A stretch of 64,000 nucleotides of DNA from Polyangiales bacterium (GCA_038231275.1 JBBRLQ010000003.1:172340-236339), one strand, 5' to 3'. Positions 46,157 to 56,757 are shown, numbered from the stretch's first letter. The notes: generated by a model not told the origin, from the sequence alone. Made by a program: numbers and translations.

Positions 46157-46708
46157 TCAGTTGGTGTCTTTGGCCTGGAACTCGGTGTCGACGGTGATGT
46201 CGGGCTTCACCGCCACGCCGAGGTACGACGGGGTCTTGATGCCGTAGTCGTTGATGTTGAGGGCGACGTTGCCCTTCACGGAGAACGTGTCGCCGTCCAG
46301 CTTCGCGGAGTAGTGGACGGTGACGTCCTTGGTCACGCCGTGGATCGTCATCGTCCCCTTCGCGTCGCCCGACGACTCCTTGCCGGCCGCGGGGAACTTC
46401 AGGCTCGCCCGAGGGACCTTCAGCGTCGCGGTGGGGTACGTGTCGGCTTCGAGGTAGTTCCGCGTGTGCTTGTCGCGGAGCCCGATGCCGGTCGAGATCG
46501 CCCCGAGCTTCACGACGACGGAGACGGTCGTGCCGTCGTCGGTCACGTCGACCTCGCTCGTGGTGCCGTTGATCGCGAGGCCGGCGGGGCCGGAGGCGTG
46601 GAACGCCCCCTTCGCGTTGCCCGTCTTGGCGAGCTTCGCGTCGGCGACGCCGGGGATTGCGAGCGCGAGCGCCAGGGTTGCGAACGCGAGAATGCTTCGT
46701 GCCTTCAT
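46157..46708 (-). CDS. YceI-like periplasmic protein
   Basis: Signal peptide (ILAFATLALALAIPGVADA); YceI-like beta-barrel sequence pattern; start at internal Met 46708. Confidence 0.75.
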   Translation of the reverse strand: MKARSILAFATLALALAIPGVADAKLAKTGNAKGAFHASGPAGLAINGTTSEVDVTDDGTTVSVVVKLGAISTGIGLRDKHTRNYLEADTYPTATLKVPRASLKFPAAGKESSGDAKGTMTIHGVTKDVTVHYSAKLDGDTFSVKGNVALNINDYGIKTPSYLGVAVKPDITVDTEFQAKDTN

Positions 46709-47205
46709 TTGTGCTCCTTCAGCCACTGATTGAGAAACTCTGCGCTCTTGTCCCATCCCGAACGGAGGCTCTTCTCGAACGCCGACTCGAGGATGCCGCC
46801 GATGGCGAAGACCTTCGCCTCGAATTGAAAGTCCGAGACGCGACGAACCTTGCCTTCGCCGGCCGGCTCCGCCTTGATCGTTCCCTTCGTCGTCACCTTG
46901 TCGGCGAGGGAGCTCGGCGTCGTCTTCCACGTGACGACCTTGGTGGCCTTGTCGAACGTCGCGTCCTCCACGTACGAGAACGACGAGCCGAGCGCCTTGG
47001 CGACCGGCCCCGGGGCGTCCATCTTCGGCGTCACCTTCACGCGGCGGACGATCTCCTTGTCGCCGTCCTTGAAGTCCAAGACCTCGTAGTGCGGGAACTG
47101 GAGGCCGTCGCGGAAGAGCGCTTCGTTGAAGGTCTTGTCGAAGAAGATCTTCCAGAAGGTCGCCTCGTCGCAGTGAATCTCGTGTGAAAGGGAGAAGCTT
47201 TTCAT
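46705..47205 (-). CDS. hypothetical protein (SRPBCC/DUF2505-like?), 166 aa, translationally coupled to the YceI-like gene
   Basis: ATGA overlap with the downstream gene. Only the last 166 codons of the long ORF 46705..48474 are taken as real (the rest is Arg-rich antisense of the phosphoesterase gene). Confidence 0.5.
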   Translation of the reverse strand: MKSFSLSHEIHCDEATFWKIFFDKTFNEALFRDGLQFPHYEVLDFKDGDKEIVRRVKVTPKMDAPGPVAKALGSSFSYVEDATFDKATKVVTWKTTPSSLADKVTTKGTIKAEPAGEGKVRRVSDFQFEAKVFAIGGILESAFEKSLRSGWDKSAEFLNQWLKEHK

Positions 47206-47271
47206 GTGAAACGAGCCTAGCGCGGGGAAGCGCGCGGCAAAAGCCGACGTTTTCACCTGCGAGGTGACCCG

Positions 47272-48438
47272 ATGTTCCCCCCGCTCGCCGCCGACACGAC
47301 CTTGCACATCTTCTTGGTACTGCTGACCGTCGGAATTGTTTCGCTGCGCCTGCTGATTCCTGCGTGGTGGCGTATTGCGCCCGTGCGGTGGGGGGCGGCG
47401 GCCGCGGCGTGTGCGATCGGCGTCGGCTTCGCGATGTGGGTCGGAGGACCGAAGATCGGCGCGTACGGCGTCTCGTACTGGGGCGTCGTGCTGGCGTGGG
47501 GTCTCATGACGCTCCTCGCGCCGGCGGTCCTCACGCTGCCCGTCGTCGCCGTTGCGTGGAAGGCAGCGAGCCGCGATCGGCAGCTCCCGCGGCGCAAGGT
47601 GCTTCAGGCCGGCGTCGCGATGGTGCCGGCGGCGGCGATCGGGGCCAGCGGCGACGGGCTCGTCTCCGCGCGGGCGCCGACCAAGGTGGTTCCCATCCCG
47701 ATGCGCTTTCCCGATCTGCCCAACGACCTCGAGGGGCTGCGCATTCTTCAGCTGAGCGATCTGCACCTCGGCGCGTGCCTTCAGCTCGCCGATTTCGAGC
47801 GCTTCCTGGAGCGCGCCGCTGCCGCGAAGCCGGATCTCGTCCTGTTCACGGGCGACGTCGCCGACGACGTGCGCCAAATCACGCCCGCGCTCGAGCTCGC
47901 GTACGGTCTGCGGCCGCGCTTCGGCGTCTTCGCGTCGCTGGGTAACCACGAGTACCTGCACGACATCCGCGTGACGCGACCGCTCTACGAAAAATCGAGG
48001 GTGCCGTTGCTCGTCGACGAAGGGCAGGCGATCCGCGTCGGGACGTCCACGCTCTGGCTCGCGGGCGCCGACGAGCCGTCGGGCCATCCCGGGACGTTCG
48101 AGGCGCCGGGCGCGCGCTTCGACGACGGCGTGCGTGCGTGCCTGGAGCGATCGCCGAAGGACGCCTTCAAGGTGCTCATGTGCCACCGCCCCGAAGGATT
48201 TCCCGTCGCGGCTCGCGAAGGGTTCGACCTCACGCTCTCGGGGCACACGCACGGCGGACAGGTCGGGCTCTTCGGCCGGAGCGTGCTCGCGTCGTCCGAA
48301 CGGCACCCCTATTGGTGGGGTACCTACGCCCGCGGCGCGGGACGTCTCTATACGACGAGCGGTTTCGGGCACTGGTTTCCGTTTCGGCTGGGCTGCCCTG
48401 CGGAAGCCCCGTTGATCGTCCTCGGACGAGGCCAATGA
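47272..48438 (+). CDS. membrane-anchored metallophosphoesterase (calcineurin-like)
   Basis: N-terminal TM helices. Motifs LSDLHLG, GDVAD, GNHE, GHTHGGQ. Confidence 0.85.
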   Translation: MFPPLAADTTLHIFLVLLTVGIVSLRLLIPAWWRIAPVRWGAAAAACAIGVGFAMWVGGPKIGAYGVSYWGVVLAWGLMTLLAPAVLTLPVVAVAWKAASRDRQLPRRKVLQAGVAMVPAAAIGASGDGLVSARAPTKVVPIPMRFPDLPNDLEGLRILQLSDLHLGACLQLADFERFLERAAAAKPDLVLFTGDVADDVRQITPALELAYGLRPRFGVFASLGNHEYLHDIRVTRPLYEKSRVPLLVDEGQAIRVGTSTLWLAGADEPSGHPGTFEAPGARFDDGVRACLERSPKDAFKVLMCHRPEGFPVAAREGFDLTLSGHTHGGQVGLFGRSVLASSERHPYWWGTYARGAGRLYTTSGFGHWFPFRLGCPAEAPLIVLGRGQ

Positions 48439-48484
48439 GGCCCCACCGTTCGACGGGGACCCGGGCCCCTTCATTCACGCGAAA

Positions 48485-49645
48485 TCAGGCGGCAAGTCGG
48501 TCGGGCAGCTTGAACTCGGCGGTGGCTCCGGCGAGGCCCACCTCGACCACGCGGTCCCAGTAGCGCGTGCCCGTCGTCAACGCCGTGCGATCGACGCCGG
48601 GTACCCGATCGCGCAGTGTCTCTGCCGCGCCGATGACGCGCTTGAGGAGGGGGACGGTCAATCGCCAGCGCGTGCGCTCGACGCCGAGCTGATCGGCCAG
48701 CTCGTCGCCGAGCAGCTCGCGGCAGACCGCCTTCGAGAACTCGACGCGCCTCTCGAGCATGGCGCGCTCACGCGGCGATCGCGCGAGGGAGAGCGGCGTC
48801 TCGATCAGCGTGCGCGTGAGCTCGCGTCCGTCGGCGTCGGCGGGCGCGGTCGTGGCGCGGATCAGATCGGCGAGCCTTCGACCCTCGGCCTCGCCGGCCG
48901 GAAGAATCTCCGGATCGACACCCATGAGGAGCCCCGTCGTGCGCCACAGCTGCGTGTACGCCTCCGCGTCCTCCGCCGAGACGCGCACGCCGAGCGTGCG
49001 GAGGCCCTCGAGGAGCACCATCGAGAAGAGGAGCGTTGTCGCCGCCATGTCGTGCTGGTTGATGGGCTGGCCCCACGCGCCCGTGTCCCACTTGCCGCTC
49101 GCGAGGAGCATTTGGCGGACCTGCGCGTGCATGAGGCGAACGCGAAGCGTGATCTGGTAGCCGTCGGCGCCGGGGCGCATGCCGCCCGGACGGCAGACGG
49201 CCTGCACGAAGCGCGCGGTCTCGTTGAGCCTTCGCGGCGCTTGCTCGCGCATTCGTCCGGAGAAGACGAGCGGCTTGTTCCCGCCCGGCGACGCGTACCC
49301 GTGCGGCAGCGACGAGAGCCCGAGGACGAGGCCGCCCAGGAGCCCAGCGCGCATCAGCACGCGACCGCCGCGATCGAGCGTGGGATAGTCGACCCACGGC
49401 GGCACGCGCTCGGTCTCCGCGAAAAGCGCGCGCATCTCCTCCGGCGCGCCTGAGACGTTCGCGATGCCCCGCGCCGCCGCATCGGTGAACGTGGCCCAGC
49501 CGCGCCCCGGCGGCATCGCGGCGATGCACTTCACCACCGCGTCGGCCGGCTCGTCCACGCGGAGGAGCCACGGCCCGAGGCGGTCCACGCGGTCGCCGAA
49601 GCGAATTCGCGCCTGATTCAGCTGGACAAAGCGTGTAGGATACAT
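48485..49645 (-). CDS. MpaB/DUF2236-family oxygenase-like protein
   Basis: 386 aa. Pattern ..GLLGGLVLGLSSLPHGY.. and conserved Arg/His-rich mid-region typical of DUF2236; by-eye assignment only. Confidence 0.5.
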   Translation of the reverse strand: MYPTRFVQLNQARIRFGDRVDRLGPWLLRVDEPADAVVKCIAAMPPGRGWATFTDAAARGIANVSGAPEEMRALFAETERVPPWVDYPTLDRGGRVLMRAGLLGGLVLGLSSLPHGYASPGGNKPLVFSGRMREQAPRRLNETARFVQAVCRPGGMRPGADGYQITLRVRLMHAQVRQMLLASGKWDTGAWGQPINQHDMAATTLLFSMVLLEGLRTLGVRVSAEDAEAYTQLWRTTGLLMGVDPEILPAGEAEGRRLADLIRATTAPADADGRELTRTLIETPLSLARSPRERAMLERRVEFSKAVCRELLGDELADQLGVERTRWRLTVPLLKRVIGAAETLRDRVPGVDRTALTTGTRYWDRVVEVGLAGATAEFKLPDRLAA

Positions 49646-49658
49646 TAATTGGCGGAGA

Positions 49659-50195
49659 TCAACCGAAGAGCGTCTCCTGGACGTCGGCCAGGATCTCTTG
49701 GGACTCTTCGGGCGTCAGGGCAAGGGCTGCCGCGAGCGCGTCGATGCCTGCGGCCTCCGCATGGGCCACGTGATCGTCGACGAACGCGACCGCCGCGGCG
49801 AGCCGGATCGCGAACGAGCGCGCCTCTGGCGAGCGCGGCCGAAGCCGATGGGCCACCGCGTCGAGGCGCGCCTTCCACCCTTCCTTGGCGAGGACCGCGT
49901 TGAGCTCGCCGAGGAGCTTCCCGATCTTCACGGGCTGCGAGCGCGCGCCGGTCAGATCGATCATCGCCTCACAGCTCGCCGCGAGCTGGCCGAGCTCGGC
50001 GTCCGACACGTTGCCGTCGACCGCGGCCATGAGGAACATCGCCTCGATCGTGGCCTCGAGCTCGCCGGCGAGCGCGCGCTGATCGTCGCGCATGCTCTTT
50101 GGATCCGACTGGCTCAGCGCGTAGGCGTCGACGACGTCACGCGACGAAAGACCTTGAGCCAGCTTGTCGATGCGATCGCCGAGGATCATGGGCAC
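49659..50195 (-). CDS. TerB-like (tellurite-resistance TerB/DUF533-type) helical protein
   Basis: 178 aa, all-helical. ..LMAAVDGNVSDAELGQL.. resembles the TerB metal-binding helix pair. Confidence 0.45.
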   Translation of the reverse strand: MPMILGDRIDKLAQGLSSRDVVDAYALSQSDPKSMRDDQRALAGELEATIEAMFLMAAVDGNVSDAELGQLAASCEAMIDLTGARSQPVKIGKLLGELNAVLAKEGWKARLDAVAHRLRPRSPEARSFAIRLAAAVAFVDDHVAHAEAAGIDALAAALALTPEESQEILADVQETLFG

Positions 50196-50215
50196 AAAGT
50201 AGCAGCTTCCGAACG

Positions 50216-50632
50216 TCAGAGCTTGGTCTTGGCCGCCGACAGGACCGCCTTGAATTCGGCGGGCGTCACCGGCACGACCGACAGGCGCGACTTCTTCACG
50301 AGCGCCATCTTCACGAGCTCCGCGTCCTTCTTGATCGCGGCGAGCGTGACCGGCTCCTTCAGCGGCGCGACCGGTTCGAGATCGACGGCGCTCCAGTCTT
50401 CGTCGGTCGTCGGGTCTTGGTAGGCCTCACGCTTCACGCGCGCGACGCCGACGATCTCTTTGCCCTCGTTCGAGTGATAGAAGAGGACGGTGTCGCCGGC
50501 CTTCATCGCGCGCAGGTTGTTCCGCGCCTCGAAGCTACGGATGCCGTCCCAAGTGGTGCGCTTGTCCTTCACGAGCTGCGCGAAGGGGTATTTGTAGGGC
50601 TCGCTCTTGACGAGCCAATAGGCCGGTTTCAT
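50216..50632 (-). CDS. EVE (PUA-like) domain protein
   Basis: 138 aa. MKPAYWLVKSEPYKY..WDGIRSFEARNNLRAMKAGDTVLFYHS.. matches the EVE-domain pattern. Confidence 0.8.
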   Translation of the reverse strand: MKPAYWLVKSEPYKYPFAQLVKDKRTTWDGIRSFEARNNLRAMKAGDTVLFYHSNEGKEIVGVARVKREAYQDPTTDEDWSAVDLEPVAPLKEPVTLAAIKKDAELVKMALVKKSRLSVVPVTPAEFKAVLSAAKTKL

Positions 50633-50703
50633 TGGTCTCTTTGTACATCAACCGCGCGGGAAGAAACATCCGTCCTGGGCGTAATACTGGGCAACCCTTT
50701 CCC

Positions 50704-51438
50704 ATGCATAACCCGGCTTCACCCCCACCTTTCCCTGCTTCGGATAACTCGTCGAAATCAGAGGGCGGCGGCTTCGATCTCGCCGCTTCTCCCCGGCCGC
50801 GGGCCGACTCGCATGTCCGCGTGCGCCCCGCCGCCACCGGCTTCGGCGCGATCGCCCGCGGGCAAATCGGACCCCGCCGCCGCGAGCGCCAGACGCGCGC
50901 GCCGTCGTGCATCGAGGACATCGCGCGCGAGCACCACGCGCTCGCGGACGCGCTCCGCCGGTTCGATCTCGACGCGATGGACCTCCCGCGCGATCCGTCG
51001 GCGCACGCCGCGGCGCAGTCGATGACCGAGCGCCTCGCCGATCTCGGAGAGCTTCGCAGCACGCTCGGCTCCGTCTACCTCGACGCGACCGATCCGCGCA
51101 TGCAGGAGATCCTCCAGAGCGACTCGCCGCTCAGCGAGTATCTGCGCGGCATCTACAGCTGGTGCGGCGGCGTCCTCCGCGCGTTCGACGAGCTCGCGCG
51201 CGGCCTCCGCACGTTGCATCCGGACTGGTCGCTCCTGCGCAGCCGCCTCGACGACGCGCGCGCGTTCTACCTCGAGGAGCTCGAAGGCCAGATCCCGCTC
51301 GAGATCGCGCGCCTGCGCGTTCACTTCCCGGCGCTCTCCGCGGCGAGGGATCCGCTCTCGGAGCTCGACGGACACCTGGAGGAGCTCTTTTGGGCCGCCG
51401 GCCACTTCGCGCGAAGCCTCGAGAAGCGCTTCGGCTAG
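50704..51438 (+). CDS. hypothetical helical protein (244 aa)
   Basis: Start at internal Met (MHNPASPPPF..). Downstream portion has coherent helical composition. Confidence 0.45.
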   Translation: MHNPASPPPFPASDNSSKSEGGGFDLAASPRPRADSHVRVRPAATGFGAIARGQIGPRRRERQTRAPSCIEDIAREHHALADALRRFDLDAMDLPRDPSAHAAAQSMTERLADLGELRSTLGSVYLDATDPRMQEILQSDSPLSEYLRGIYSWCGGVLRAFDELARGLRTLHPDWSLLRSRLDDARAFYLEELEGQIPLEIARLRVHFPALSAARDPLSELDGHLEELFWAAGHFARSLEKRFG

Positions 51439-51448
51439 ACAGAGCCTC

Positions 51449-54445
51449 TCACGGCGCGCGTGTGACGCGGCTGTCGATGTCGGCGAGCCACGTGTCGACG
51501 GCGGCCAGGCGCTCTTTGAACCACGCGGGGCCGTCGAAGGTCGCGCGCGCGTCCTTGGCGAGCTTGCGGGCGCGGTCCTTCTCTTTGCCGCTCGCCCACA
51601 AGGCCTGTGCCAGCGCGAAGCGTGCGTCGGCGAGATCCTTCGGGTCGACGTGGTGCGTCTCGCGGATTTTGACCGCGTGCTCGAGCGGCTCGAGCGCCGA
51701 CGCGGTCGGGCCGATTCGCAGGCGCGCCCTCCCGATGCCCGAGAGGATGCGCGCGGCCGCCGGTGAGTCGGGCCCTTGCGCCTTGTCGACGATCTCGAGC
51801 GCCTGCAGATCCTGGGCGAGGGCCTCCTTGGCCTTGCCGACGGCGAACAGCGCCTCGCCGACGCGGAAGAGCGTCATCCCGTAGTCCTGGTGGTCTTTGC
51901 CGAGGACCCTCTCCACGATCGCGAGCGCCTCGTGGTGGTGCGCCGCCGCCGAATCCGCGCGCCCACGCGCGAGCTCCGCCTCGCCGAGATCGTTCAAGAC
52001 CGCCGCGTAGTCGGGCGTGTCCTTCCGGTTCGCCTTCTCGAGCGTGGTCTTCGCCCGCGTGAGCAGCTGCACCGCTTCTTCGGCCTTTCCCATCGACACG
52101 AGGACCGTCCCCATCGTGTCGAGCGGCGGCACGGTCTCCGGATGATCGCCTCCGGCGGTCTTCTCCGCGAGCTCCAGCGCGCGCCGCAGGTCCTTCAGCG
52201 CCTCGTCGTAGCGACCGATGCTGAGGAGCTCGTTCCCCATGTTGTTGAGGTAGAGCGACAGCTGCGGGTGATTTCCGCCGAGGGCGCGCTCGGCGATGTC
52301 GAGCGCCTGCTTGTCGAGATCGTAGGCGTCCTCGAGTCGGCCCTGGTCGAAGTACACCGACGCGACGCCGTCCATCGCGTGCGCGACCTTGACGTGATCG
52401 GGTCCCAGCACCTTCTTGTAGATCGCGATCGCCCGATCGAGCGCAGCGAGCGACTCGTCGTTCTTCCCCTGACGCCACGAGATGATGCTGAAGGACTCGA
52501 GGCGATCGGCCTCCAGCTCGTCGTTGCCGCCGAGGCGCTGGATCGCCAGCTCCGCGTAGCGCGCCCACTGCCGCGCGTCCTCGTAGCGCGCCTCCTTGTC
52601 GCCGATGAAATAAACGAGATCGATGAACGCGCGCGCCGCCACCGCGTCGTGTCCCGCCGCGAGCGCCGCCTCCGCCCCTTGACGGAGCGAGCGTTCGGCG
52701 CGGCGCGTGTCGTCGAGGCGTCCCGAGACGCGCCCGTCGAGCGCCAAGGCCTCGGCCTCCAGCGGCAGGTACGCGAGGTCGCGCGCCTCGGCGACGACCG
52801 GCTCCACGAGCAGGCGCGCCTCGTCGTATTTTCCCGCGTCGTCGAGGGCCTTGGCGCGCGCCAGGTGGATACGTGCATTTTGCACACGATCGGCCTTTGC
52901 CGGATCGGAGGGCGGGCGGACGCCGGCCTTCAGGGCGACGACGTTCGAGCAGTCGGACAGGCTCGGCAGGGCGAGGGACGCTTCGAGCGCGCGCGCGACG
53001 ACGTCCCCGTCGGCCTCGGCGAAGAGCTTGGTCAGCGCTCCGAGCTGGCGAAGATGCGCGTCGAGGCACTCCACACGGCGGTCGAGCATCTCTTCGCTCT
53101 GCTCGCCGCGAACACGCGTCGCGACGCAGGCCTCGGTGCGCGTCGCGACCCAGCCGGCCGTGTACGCGTCGAGCGTCTTCTCGGTCCCGCGCCACGCGTC
53201 GGCGGCGTACGCGCGGCCGCTCTTGTCGAACGCCGAGCGGATTTGCGCGCGCCGTGGAGCGTCCCAGACTCCGGTGAGCTTTTGCTCGGCGCCCGTGCAC
53301 AGCTGCGGCTCCCGCCTCGCGCCGCGGTACCCGAGGACGGCGGCGAGCACGATGCCGAGCACGCCGATCAGCGCGATCACGCGGCGCCGCATCTGGTAGC
53401 GCCGCGGCTGCACGGCGAAGAGGAGCTCGTCGATCGACGCGTACCGCTCGCTCGGATCGGGCCGGAGGCCGCGCAAGAGCGCCGTTCGCACGCGCGCGGG
53501 GACCTCGGTGTCCTTCGGCGCTTCGCGCACACGGCCTTTCGCCGTCTCGCGCACGAGCTCTTCGAAGTCATGCGCGTCGAACGGACGCTGGTCGTAGAGC
53601 CCCTCGTAGAGCGAGACGCAGAAGCTGTACTGATCGGTGAGGACGTTCGCCGGCTTTCCGTCGAGTTGCTCGGGCGACATGTACGCGGGGGTGCCTGCGA
53701 TCGCGCCGGCCTCGGTGAGCGCCTCGTCCGTCTTCCCGTGCTGGCCGCGGAGGCGCGTCAGCTGCAGACTCGTGGAGTCGAGCGTTCGCTCCACTGGACG
53801 CGCGAGACCGAAGTCGGTGACGAGGACGCGGCCGTCGGACCCCACCATGACGTTTTCGGGCTTGAAATCCCGGTGAACGAGCCCCGCGGCGTGCGCGGCG
53901 GCGAGGCCGTGGCCGGCCTTCGTGTACACCTCGAGCACCTCGCGCCAGCTGCGCGGCGACGCCTCGAGCCACTTGCCGAGGCTCTGCCCCTGCACGAACT
54001 CCATCGCGACGAAGACCTGGCCGTCGGCCGTCGAGCCCGCGTCGTACACGCTCACGACGTTGGGATGCGACAGCTTCGCCATCGACTGCGCTTCGCGGAG
54101 CAGCCGCTTGCCGAGCTCGCCCACCGACGTGGTCGCCGCGGTCGTGACGTCGCGGCGGAGGAGCTTGACGGCGATCTTCCGATCGAGCTCCGGATCGTAG
54201 GCCGCGTACACGACGCCCATGCCGCCCGCGCCGACGACGTCGAGGATCACGTAGCGTCCGATCGCGTTGCCGCGCGTCAGCTGGCTCGGCGCGTCGTCGT
54301 CGGGCGGCATGGCGCGCGCGAGCTCGGACACCAGCTCGCGGCACGCGTCGCATCCCGCCACGTGGCTCCTGGCCGTCGCGTCCTCGTCCGGGGTCAGCCG
54401 CCCCTCGAGAAAGTCGGCGATTTGCCCTTCGTCGAGGCAGTCCAC
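51449..54445 (-). CDS. Ser/Thr protein kinase with N-terminal zf-HC2 (anti-sigma ZAS-like HxxxCxxC) motif and C-terminal TPR array
   Basis: SHVAGCDACREL (H-x3-C-x2-C). Kinase motifs GAGGMGVVY, VAVK-like AVKLL, HRDFKPENVM, DFGLAR, SPEQ. One TM; at least 10 TPR-like repeats. Confidence 0.9.
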   Translation of the reverse strand: MDCLDEGQIADFLEGRLTPDEDATARSHVAGCDACRELVSELARAMPPDDDAPSQLTRGNAIGRYVILDVVGAGGMGVVYAAYDPELDRKIAVKLLRRDVTTAATTSVGELGKRLLREAQSMAKLSHPNVVSVYDAGSTADGQVFVAMEFVQGQSLGKWLEASPRSWREVLEVYTKAGHGLAAAHAAGLVHRDFKPENVMVGSDGRVLVTDFGLARPVERTLDSTSLQLTRLRGQHGKTDEALTEAGAIAGTPAYMSPEQLDGKPANVLTDQYSFCVSLYEGLYDQRPFDAHDFEELVRETAKGRVREAPKDTEVPARVRTALLRGLRPDPSERYASIDELLFAVQPRRYQMRRRVIALIGVLGIVLAAVLGYRGARREPQLCTGAEQKLTGVWDAPRRAQIRSAFDKSGRAYAADAWRGTEKTLDAYTAGWVATRTEACVATRVRGEQSEEMLDRRVECLDAHLRQLGALTKLFAEADGDVVARALEASLALPSLSDCSNVVALKAGVRPPSDPAKADRVQNARIHLARAKALDDAGKYDEARLLVEPVVAEARDLAYLPLEAEALALDGRVSGRLDDTRRAERSLRQGAEAALAAGHDAVAARAFIDLVYFIGDKEARYEDARQWARYAELAIQRLGGNDELEADRLESFSIISWRQGKNDESLAALDRAIAIYKKVLGPDHVKVAHAMDGVASVYFDQGRLEDAYDLDKQALDIAERALGGNHPQLSLYLNNMGNELLSIGRYDEALKDLRRALELAEKTAGGDHPETVPPLDTMGTVLVSMGKAEEAVQLLTRAKTTLEKANRKDTPDYAAVLNDLGEAELARGRADSAAAHHHEALAIVERVLGKDHQDYGMTLFRVGEALFAVGKAKEALAQDLQALEIVDKAQGPDSPAAARILSGIGRARLRIGPTASALEPLEHAVKIRETHHVDPKDLADARFALAQALWASGKEKDRARKLAKDARATFDGPAWFKERLAAVDTWLADIDSRVTRAP

Positions 54446-54477
54446 CCCGAGATGCTACTCTCGGAACGGGACGAAGG

Positions 54478-55275
54478 ATGGCAGAACCCGATCTGAGCGC
54501 GATCCTGGAGAAGTGCGCGGCGGCGTGGCCGGGCATCAAGGTAAGCCGAGACGAGCTCGTCGCGCACGTGGCCCGCGTGTCACCGAGCGGCTTCGACGGC
54601 CTCCACGTCGAGGACCTCTACCTCGCGTGCGCGTGCGCGAAAAAGGACGACCGCGCGATCCTCGCCTTCGAATCGAAATACCTCCACGAGGTGCCGAGCT
54701 ACGTGGGGCAGATCGATCGCTCGGCGCCGTTCATCGACGAGGTCGGCCAGCAGCTCCGCGAGAAGCTCTTCGTGACGACCGGCGAGGACGGTCGCCTAAA
54801 AATTTGCGAGTACACCGGGCGCGGGCCGCTCGGCGCGTGGGTCCGGGTCGTGTGCGTGCGGCTGGCCTTGAACCTGCGCCGGCGGCCGAAGAACACCGTC
54901 GAGACCGACGGAGAGCGCGCCCCCGTGCTTCGGTCAGCGGCCCCCGATCCCGAGGTCGATTTCCTCAAGTCCAAGTACAAAGAGGAGTTTCGGGAGGCGT
55001 TCCAGGCGACCCTCACCGATCTGTCGAGCGACGAGCGCGCCGTCCTCAAGATGCACTACATCGACGGCCTCAACATCGACCAGATCGGGACGGCCTACCG
55101 TGTGCATCGTGCGACGGTGGCCCGTTGGCTCGCGCACTCGCGCGAGAAGATCATGGAGGAGACGAAGAAGCGGCTGGAGCAGCGACTCAAGATGCAGGCG
55201 GCGGAAGTCGACAGCGTGATCGGCCTCGTCCGCAGCCAGCTCGACGTGTCGATCTACAAATTTCTGAAGAGCTGA
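54478..55275 (+). CDS. sigma-70 family (ECF-like) RNA polymerase sigma factor
   Basis: Region 4 HTH (LSSDERAVLKMHYIDGLNIDQIGTAYRVHRATVARWLAHSRE); region-2-like N-terminus. Divergent from the zf-HC2 kinase. Confidence 0.7.
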   Translation: MAEPDLSAILEKCAAAWPGIKVSRDELVAHVARVSPSGFDGLHVEDLYLACACAKKDDRAILAFESKYLHEVPSYVGQIDRSAPFIDEVGQQLREKLFVTTGEDGRLKICEYTGRGPLGAWVRVVCVRLALNLRRRPKNTVETDGERAPVLRSAAPDPEVDFLKSKYKEEFREAFQATLTDLSSDERAVLKMHYIDGLNIDQIGTAYRVHRATVARWLAHSREKIMEETKKRLEQRLKMQAAEVDSVIGLVRSQLDVSIYKFLKS

Positions 55276-55455
55276 CGAACCTCGAGACCGGGCATCCCGT
55301 CCCGCGCGGCGTGCGCGCACGGGATGATCCGTCGCATGGTTCGGTCGCTCGAGGTGCCGCTCGAGCTGCAAAACGCTAGACTGAGCGCCTTCCTCGTTGG
55401 GCATGGGAACTGCTGTGCCTGACGACGCCGGTGCGCGACGATCGGCGGAGGCGTC

Positions 55456-56757
55456 ATGCAAAAGCTCAACATCACCGCATTCGCCACCCTCCTGCTCGCC
55501 GTCGCGGCGTGCGGTCGAACGGGGCTCCTCGAAGACGGTGAAGGCGGAGGGATCGGAGGCGGCAGCTCGGGGACCGGAGGCGACGACGGTGGGCGCACCG
55601 ACGCCGCGGACGGGAGCACCGAACCCGACGCGCTCGACCCCGACGCCGATCCTCCGACGGTCCACATCGGCGGCAAGTCGGTGCCCAACGTGCAGCAGAT
55701 CGTCGCGGGCGAGTCGCACGCGTGCTTGCGCGACAAGAAGAGCCGGGTCTTTTGTTGGGGCGTGAACGAGCAAGGGCAGCTCGGGAACGGCACGACGAAT
55801 GAAGCCTCCACAGCGGTGCGCGTCGAAGGGCTGCCGGAGATCGTTCGTCTCGCCTCCGGACAGCACCACGTCTGCGCTCTCGGCGTCGATCAGACCGTGT
55901 GGTGCTGGGGCGAGGACATCGACGGCCAGCTCGGCAACGGGAAGCGCCTCCCCCTCGTCGCCACGCCGCAGCGGGTCACCGGCATCGTCTCGCCGCCGGT
56001 CGCGATTGCGGCGAATGGCTGGCACACGTGCGTGCTGGACGCGGCGGGGACGCTCTCGTGCTGGGGCCGCAATACGAGCGGCGAGTGCGGGGTGCTCGGA
56101 TCCGATCGCTTCTTGACGCCGGTCCCCGTGCCGGCCTTCGGCGAAGGCCTCACCGCGCTCGCGCTCGGGACGTGGCATACGTGCGTCGTCCTCGCCGACA
56201 CGAGCGTTCGCTGCGTCGGCCGCAACGCGGACGGTCAGCTCGGGATGGGTGGAACCGGCCCGTTCGAGACGCTGCCGCAGACCGCGCGCGACCTGTCGGG
56301 CGCGTCCGCGCTCATGGCGGGCGACGACCATACCTGCGCCATCCTCCGCAACGGCAACATGATGTGCTGGGGCGACGGCTTTCTCGGCGAGCTCGGCAAC
56401 GGCACCGGCCAGGGCAACTCGACGCCCACGCCGCTGCCCAACATCAAGGGCGCGATCCACGCCGCCGGCGGCCTCGAGCACACGTGCGCGGTGCTCGGCA
56501 ACGGCGTCGCGCGATGCTGGGGCAAGGGTCTGCAAGGCCAGCTCGGAAACAGCGACACGCCGCTCATGTCGTCACTACCCATGGACGTGCGCGGCATTCA
56601 CGACGCCGTGCAGGTCGCGGCGGGCTCGTCGTTCTCGTGCATCGCGCACGCGGACCACGGAGCGGCGTGCTGGGGAGCGAGCGCCAACGGAGAGCTGGGG
56701 CATGGCCTGGGCGACGACGAGTTCCAGACCACACCGGTCGAAGTGCAGGGCCTCTAG
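55456..56757 (+). CDS. RCC1-repeat (beta-propeller) lipoprotein
   Basis: Signal plus lipobox (LLLAVAACGRTG). Seven or more RCC1-like repeats (..HACLRDKKSRVFCWGVNEQGQLGNG.., ..HTCVLDAAGTLSCWGRNTSGECG..). Confidence 0.85.
   Translation: MQKLNITAFATLLLAVAACGRTGLLEDGEGGGIGGGSSGTGGDDGGRTDAADGSTEPDALDPDADPPTVHIGGKSVPNVQQIVAGESHACLRDKKSRVFCWGVNEQGQLGNGTTNEASTAVRVEGLPEIVRLASGQHHVCALGVDQTVWCWGEDIDGQLGNGKRLPLVATPQRVTGIVSPPVAIAANGWHTCVLDAAGTLSCWGRNTSGECGVLGSDRFLTPVPVPAFGEGLTALALGTWHTCVVLADTSVRCVGRNADGQLGMGGTGPFETLPQTARDLSGASALMAGDDHTCAILRNGNMMCWGDGFLGELGNGTGQGNSTPTPLPNIKGAIHAAGGLEHTCAVLGNGVARCWGKGLQGQLGNSDTPLMSSLPMDVRGIHDAVQVAAGSSFSCIAHADHGAACWGASANGELGHGLGDDEFQTTPVEVQGL

Noticed and set aside
45950-46320. 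tmRNA hypothesis for the tRNA-like element
   Set aside because: A roughly 360-nt tmRNA would run into the well-supported YceI-like CDS; only a short 84-nt tRNA-like structure is present.
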